A stretch of DNA of 62,881 bases from Nostoc linckia z4 (lineage in GTDB: Bacteria > Cyanobacteriota > Cyanobacteriia > Cyanobacteriales > Nostocaceae): positions 14,453 to 77,333 of the forward strand of contig NZ_LAHA01000035.1 of the NCBI RefSeq assembly GCF_002608075.1, in the 5' to 3' direction. A program made the translations under genes and the position numbers. Below, one piece after another: positions 61,463 to 62,881 of the stretch (its first letter is position 1; the number at the start of each line of letters is the position of its first letter). A model generated the notes under the pieces. It was given only the letters and a program-made list of their open reading frames with translations, searched no databases and was not told where the DNA came from.

Positions 61463-62881
61463 ATGAAAAGCACCCAAGGCAAAATTAACGAGCTGCTCAG
61501 TGAGTCAGGATGCGAGCATAATCAGCATAAACAATCAGAAAAGAAAAACAAGTCTTGCACCCAACAAGCACAACCTGGCGCTGCTCAAGGGGGCTGTGCT
61601 TTTGATGGGGCGATGATTGCCTTAGTACCCATTGCCGATGCGGCTCATTTAGTCCACGGGCCGATCGCTTGTGCTGGTAATTCCTGGGGCAGTCGTGGTA
61701 GTCTCTCTTCTGGGCCCCAACTCTACAAGATGGGCTTTACAACTGACTTGAGTGAAAATGATGTCATTTTTGGTGGCGAGAAAAAGCTCTACAAAGCAAT
61801 TCTAGAACTCAAGGAACGCTACCAACCAGCAGCAATTTTTGTTTACGCTACTTGCGTGACTGCTTTGATTGGCGATGATATGGATGCAGTTTGCAAAGCC
61901 GCAGCTGAAAAACTTGGCACTCCAGTTATCCCGGTGATTGCTCCGGGATTTATTGGCAGTAAAAATCTGGGCAACCGTTTTGGCGGTGAAGCTTTATTAG
62001 ATTATGTTGTCGGGACAGCAGAACCGGAATACACAACGCCTTATGATATTAACTTAATAGGCGAGTACAACATCGCCGGGGAAATGTGGGGAGTCACGCC
62101 ACTGTTAGAAAAATTAGGCATCCGCATTTTGTCGAAAATTACCGGCGACGCTCGGTACAATGAAATTCGCTATGCCCATCGCGCCAAGCTGAATGTAATG
62201 ATCTGTTCGCGGGCGCTGCTGAACATGGCGAGAAAGATGGAGGAGCGTTACGGCATTCCTTATATTGAAGAATCTTTCTACGGCATCGATGACATGAATC
62301 GCTGTCTGCGAAATATTGCTGCTAAATTAGGCGACCCGGATTTGCAAGCACGCACAGAAAAACTAATTGCTGAAGAAACTGCGGCTTTAGATTTGGCACT
62401 GGCTCCTTATCGCGCTCGACTCAAAGGTAAGCGTGTCGTATTGTATACTGGCGGTGTCAAGAGTTGGTCGATTATTTCCGCTGCAAAAGACTTGGGTATT
62501 GAAGTTGTTGCTACCAGTACTCGCAAAAGTACTGAGGAAGATAAAGCCAAAATCAAGAAGTTGCTGGGTAACGATGGCATCATGCTAGAAAAAGGCAACG
62601 CCAAGGAATTGTTACAGCTGGTGAGAGATACTCAAGCAGATATGTTGATTGCCGGAGGTCGTAACCAATACACCGCCCTAAAAGCTCGGATTCCTTTCTT
62701 GGATATCAACCAAGAACGCCACCATCCTTATGCAGGTTATGTAGGAATGATTGAGATGGCGCGGGAATTGTACGAAGCCCTTTATAGCCCGATTTGGGAG
62801 CAAGTACGCAAACCGGCTCCGTGGGAAGAGGGTGAGTTGCATTCAAATCTAGTCACTGAGGAGTGGAGGGGATGAGGGGAT
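61463..62881 (+). CDS. nifE: Nitrogenase cofactor scaffold NifE; 3' end runs off the window
   Basis: NifD/K-like fold with conserved Cys (GCAFDGA...[10 protein letters not shown]). No stop before the window end. Start assigned to the second in-frame Met; the track ORF's first Met at 61424 overlaps a conserved upstream motif. Confidence 0.85.

Overview
This window is from a heterocystous cyanobacterium, probably Nostoc or Anabaena. The main nitrogenase cluster is present and co-oriented on the + strand, with STRR-type heptamer repeats throughout: nifB-fdxN-nifS-nifU-glbN-nifH-nifD...nifK-(Mo-nitrogenase C-terminal protein)-nifE.

The central feature is that nifD is split by an element of about 32.5 kb (about 26217..58715). 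The 5' part of nifD is at 24854..26216 and the 3' part at 58716..58855. The element is bounded by an exact 11-bp direct repeat, GGATTACTCCG. It carries a XisA-like tyrosine recombinase gene at its nifK-proximal end. Joining the two halves at the repeat restores the NifD C-terminus.

The element's cargo looks like a defense or accessory island:
- a candidate type II restriction-modification pair;
- a retron-type reverse transcriptase flanked by two copies of a ~200-340 bp repeat, each ending in a tRNA(CAU)-like structure, next to a canonical tRNA-Met;
- an SPFH/band-7 protein;
- a patatin-like phospholipase operon with three small coiled-coil proteins;
- a NACHT-like P-loop NTPase plus a membrane protein in an AT-rich block that appears to truncate a vapC gene;
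- xisH-xisI;
- two paralogous unknown genes, each preceded by a tandem direct-repeat array;
- two RTX-type proteins, a sensor histidine kinase and a PstS/DUF4912 protein.

Upstream of the nif genes:
- a 20-repeat CRISPR array (37-bp repeat) with no cas genes in the window, about 1.5 kb upstream of nifB;
- a TpsA-like exoprotein, higBA and vapBC toxin-antitoxin pairs;
- a LanM-like lanthipeptide synthetase next to a terpene-cyclase-repeat protein, with no visible precursor peptide;
- a palindromic small dispersed repeat inserted in-frame into that terpene-cyclase-repeat CDS.

All functional calls come from motif and architecture recognition by eye. No database search was run.
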